A stretch of 64,000 bases of DNA from Felis catus (Eukaryota), in contig NC_058369.1 in the NCBI RefSeq assembly GCF_018350175.1, positions 25,980,001 through 26,044,000 on the forward strand. Direction: 5' to 3'. The notes under the pieces are model-generated. The model was not told where the DNA came from and did no database searches. It worked only from the letters and a program-made list of their open reading frames with translations. Below, in pieces: positions 60,621 to 64,000 of this stretch. A program made the position numbers and the translations under genes. Position 1 is the stretch's first letter; each line of letters starts with the position of its first letter.

Positions 60621-61244
60621 AAAAAGAAAAATTTCTAAAAAAGGAGAACTTGGGTGCCAGGCAGATCTGGGGTTGAATCTGGGACTTACTGTGTGACCTA
60701 GGATTGAGTTACATGATTTTTCTGGAGCCTTGGTGCACAGTGTTCTCACCTGTAAACTGGGGATAATCATAGTTTCTACCTGAAAGAGTGGGTGTGAAGA
60801 TTTAATGAGCTAAATTTTGTAAAGTACTTGCCACATGGGAAGTGTTTAGGTAGGGCTAACAGGTAATCCACACTTCTCTGATTGAAAGGCTCAGGTGTTT
60901 ACTACTCTAGGCTGGTAGTGAGTGCGGTGAAGGGGGACATCAGATTTGGGATTTGGTTAGAACATGCTGATTGGCATCAGGACATTCAGAAAGGATCTGA
61001 GATTTGGGACAAGTGGCACCATGATCCCTAAGACACTGTGTATGGATCAAATCAGAATGAAATGGACAATGAGAAGAGCCTTCAAGAGGGCCAGTGGGGC
61101 AGTTAGAATCCTTTCAACCGCAGGAATTGGACCCCAAACTGGCTCACATATAAGGAAATTGATTGACTCATGTCAGCAAGCACAGGGTGGGTTATGGGTT
61201 TGTGGGACCCAGTGCTCTGTCATCAAGGATCCAGGTTCTTTTTT

Positions 61245-61410
61245 TCTTAAAATTTTTTTAAAGTTTGTTTGTTTGTTTATTTATTTATTTAGAGAATGAG
61301 TGGGGGAGGGGCAGAGAGAAGGAGAGACAGAATCCCAACCAAGCAGACTCTACACCTCCAGCCAAAGTCAAGAGTCTGATGCTTACTTGACTGAACCACC
61401 CAGGTGCCCC
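61245..61410 (-). mobile_element. Can-SINE (internally deleted)
   Basis: T tail, body, reverse-complement head. Confidence 0.88.
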
Positions 61411-61484
61411 AAGGGGCATATTCTTTTAAAATAAATTATGCCAATAAAGACAGGATACAGAGCAATAATAAATAAATTAGAACT

Positions 61485-61770
61485 GCTTAGGTTGAGTTCT
61501 GCTGAGAGTGGGCTGGACACAAGGACCTACACCCATGTGGAGATGCTTTTCTCAGGGGAGGTGATCCCAGGAAGCAGGAAAGAGGTACCGTGAGTGAGAC
61601 AGGGAAGGAGGAGAAACCAGTAGTAGGGTGAGTTATCAGGGCCACTATTGTGGGCAGCAGTGGCTCAGTTCTGCTGGGACCTCCCAAGAAATGTACAGAA
61701 CGCCTCTAGAACTGCCCTCCTGAGAGGACAGGAAGCTGGCGATCCACTAGCCTCAGTGATAGAGGCATTC
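61485..61770 (-). mobile_element. ERVL LTR16-like fragment (similar one at ~9400-9630)
   Basis: gggaggtgatcccaggaagca…gtgagacagggaaggaggagaaacca motif. Confidence 0.6.
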
Positions 61771-62884
61771 ACTCTTCAGACTTCCAGGCTGGACACCCAT
61801 GCGTGCTGGCTCTGCTGGTGCAAAAAGGGAAAAGAAAAGGCGAGTGCTTGGGTTGGTAGGTGGGCCCCGGAGAGTGATTTGTGCCCATCCTAACTGTGGC
61901 TGAAATTAGAGGTGGGCCAAGAAAGAGAATGTAGACACAGGCAACAGTGACATTACCAAGTATATCTCCCTGGATCAGTTCTGCAAACAATGTTGAGCAG
62001 AAAAAGCAAATTGCAGGAAGATACATATGCTCTGATACTATATAGTTTTACATATGTAATGGAAATACAGATATGTTCATTGGAATGACTGTCACCAATC
62101 TCTGGATAGTGGTTGCCTGTAGGGTGTGGGGGGTGTGCAGCCATGAAGGGGTGTGCTGGGGCTTTCAACTCTTTGTAACATTTGATTTCTTCAATTGCAT
62201 GGTGCTGATATTGTACTGTTCTTTTTGTCCTCTGTTTTTGTGTGTATTTGTTGGAAATATTTCTAAAAAAGTATATCATTTTAATGCTGGTACAGTGCAT
62301 TAATGAACTTGACCAAGGGAAGGGGAAAAAAGGATCCTACCTTTATTATTTTGTTTGTTTGTTTTAAAGACAAGCTTGGGCCCAACTTGTAAGAAAGAAA
62401 ACAGATCATCCTCAAGATGTCAGGATGATATTAAGACAAAAGACATTCACACTTTGCAGGATTTCTCCCTCCCACTCCCCAAGTATGTGTTGAAACTCCT
62501 GAGCTAATAACCTTAGAATGTAAGGCCCCTCCTGTCGCTTGTGAACATGGCAGGCTTGGGTTTCTCAAAGGCAGAGAGAGCTTCAGACATCTGCCTCTGG
62601 GAGCTTCCAGTCAATGGCTTTTTGTCTAAGTGAAGGAGATATTTCTCAAGGAAATACCTCAAGGGACTGCTGAAATATTTGCATTGTCCTTAAAAGTGGG
62701 TAATAGTCCAGATAAGGGATGGTTCAGCAGTGGATTGAGTGTTACCAGGGTTGCATTCAAAGAACACCTTTGCATTACGGCCAAAATCAAGTCTGTCCAT
62801 TTTGTGGTATGGTGGTTCCTGTCTAGTTTCCCAGGCACCTGAACATATGAGCTCAGAAGCATTTAATTTTTAAAAAATTACTCC

Positions 62885-63180
62885 GGGGCACCAGGATGGC
62901 TTAGTAGGTTAGGCATCCAACTTCGGCTCAGGTCATGATCTCACATTTCATAGGTTTGAACCGCAGAGCCCGTGTCAGATCCTCTGTCTCCCCCTCTCTC
63001 TGCCCCTCCCCTGCTTACACACAGGCTCTCTCTCTCAAAAACAAATAAACATTTTAAAAAGTTAAAAAAAATTACTTTGTTGGCTGACTCGGTAGAGTAT
63101 GTGACTCTTCGTCTTGGGGCTGTGAATTCGAGGCCCACAGTGGGTGCAGAGATTATATGAAAGTAAAAGAATTCTTAAAA
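62885..63180 (+). mobile_element. Can-SINE (62885-63070) plus a short tRNA-Lys-like SINE (~63078-63180)
   Basis: aaaaaattact occurs three times, around and between them. Confidence 0.88.
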
Positions 63181-63269
63181 AAAAATTACTCTATTGGGGT
63201 ATAATTGACATACAACAAATGACACATTGAAAAGTGTACAATTGGAAGGCAACAAAAACAAAAATAAGA

Positions 63270-64000
63270 AAAAACTCATTAAACTAAAAAGCTTCTGCCC
63301 AGCAAAGGAAATCATCAACAAAATGAAAAAGCGACCTAAGGAATGGGAGAAGATATTTGCAGATCATGTATCTGATAAGAGGTTAATATCCAAAATATGG
63401 AATAAATAATTCCAGCAACTCAATAGCAGAAGTCCAAGCAATACAGTTAAAAAATATATAGAGAATATGTAAGACAGAGAATATAGGCAGAGAGTATATA
63501 AGACATTTTTTTAAAGAAGACCTGCAGATGGCCAACAGTTACGTGAAAAATGCTCAAACGTCAGTAATCAGGGAAATGCAAATCGAAACCACAATGAGAT
63601 ATCACCCTGTGTCTGTTACAATGGCCATTATCAAAAAGGTAAGAGATAACAAGTGTTGGTAAGGATGCAGTGAAGAGGGAACCATTGGGTACTGTTACTA
63701 GGACTGTAAATTGGTACAACTACTGTGGAAAACAGTATGGAGGTTCCTAAAAAAGATAAAAATAGAACTACCATATGATCTAGCAATTTCACTTCTGAGT
63801 GTTTATCCAAAAAAACAGCCTGAGTATCTATTGATGGGTGAATGGATCAAGAAAATGTGAGATATGTGTATGTGTGTATGTGTATGTATATATATAATTC
63901 AGCCATAAACATAAACAAGAAGGAAATTTTGTTATTTGTGAGAAAACAGATGGACCTTGGGGGCATTATTATGGTAAATGAAATAAGTCAGAGAAAGACA
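63270..64000 (+). mobile_element. L1 ORF2 3' fragment (runs off the window)
   Basis: IKLKSFCPAKEIINKMKKRPKEWEKIFADHVSDKRLISKI is an L1 ORF2 motif. Sits next to a minus-strand L1 3' end at ~63193-63245. Confidence 0.92.

Larger units (their letters stand above)
45401..64000 (+). other. FLNB: FLNB intron 1 (5' part; runs off the window)
   Basis: Begins GTGAGT. The expected exon-2 peptide (DSKAIVDGNLKLILGLVW...) was not seen in the rest of the window. Confidence 0.9.

Noticed and set aside
1..64000. CRISPR array, operon or other prokaryote-type system
   Set aside because: Mammalian DNA. The repeats are dispersed SINEs and microsatellites, with no regular repeat-spacer periodicity.

Overview
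Mammalian genomic DNA, and felid: the youngest tRNA-Lys-derived Can-SINEs match the SINEC_Fc type. The one securely identified gene is filamin B (FLNB). Its TATA-less CpG-island promoter lies at ~44.7-45.9 kb, exon 1 CDS is 45109-45400 (+ strand, 292 nt, calponin-homology domain 1), and the first ~18.6 kb of intron 1 follows. The 44 kb upstream looks intergenic and is dense in Can-SINEs, MIR/L2/L1 fragments, MaLR/ERVL LTRs and hAT/TcMar fossils. The main unexpected signal is in the repeat-free islands between ~43.2 kb and ~21.0 kb. These carry a chain of about 12 minus-strand exon-like blocks with canonical acceptors and donors, short (84-95 nt) introns, mostly matching splice phases, decayed reading frames and a terminal exon with a stop and AATAAA. 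This is a candidate decayed multi-exon (unitary) pseudogene, or a derived spliced lncRNA, lying head-to-head with FLNB. I could not identify its protein. All calls were made by eye: repeat subfamily names and boundaries are approximate, and almost all ORFs in the supplied track are spurious.
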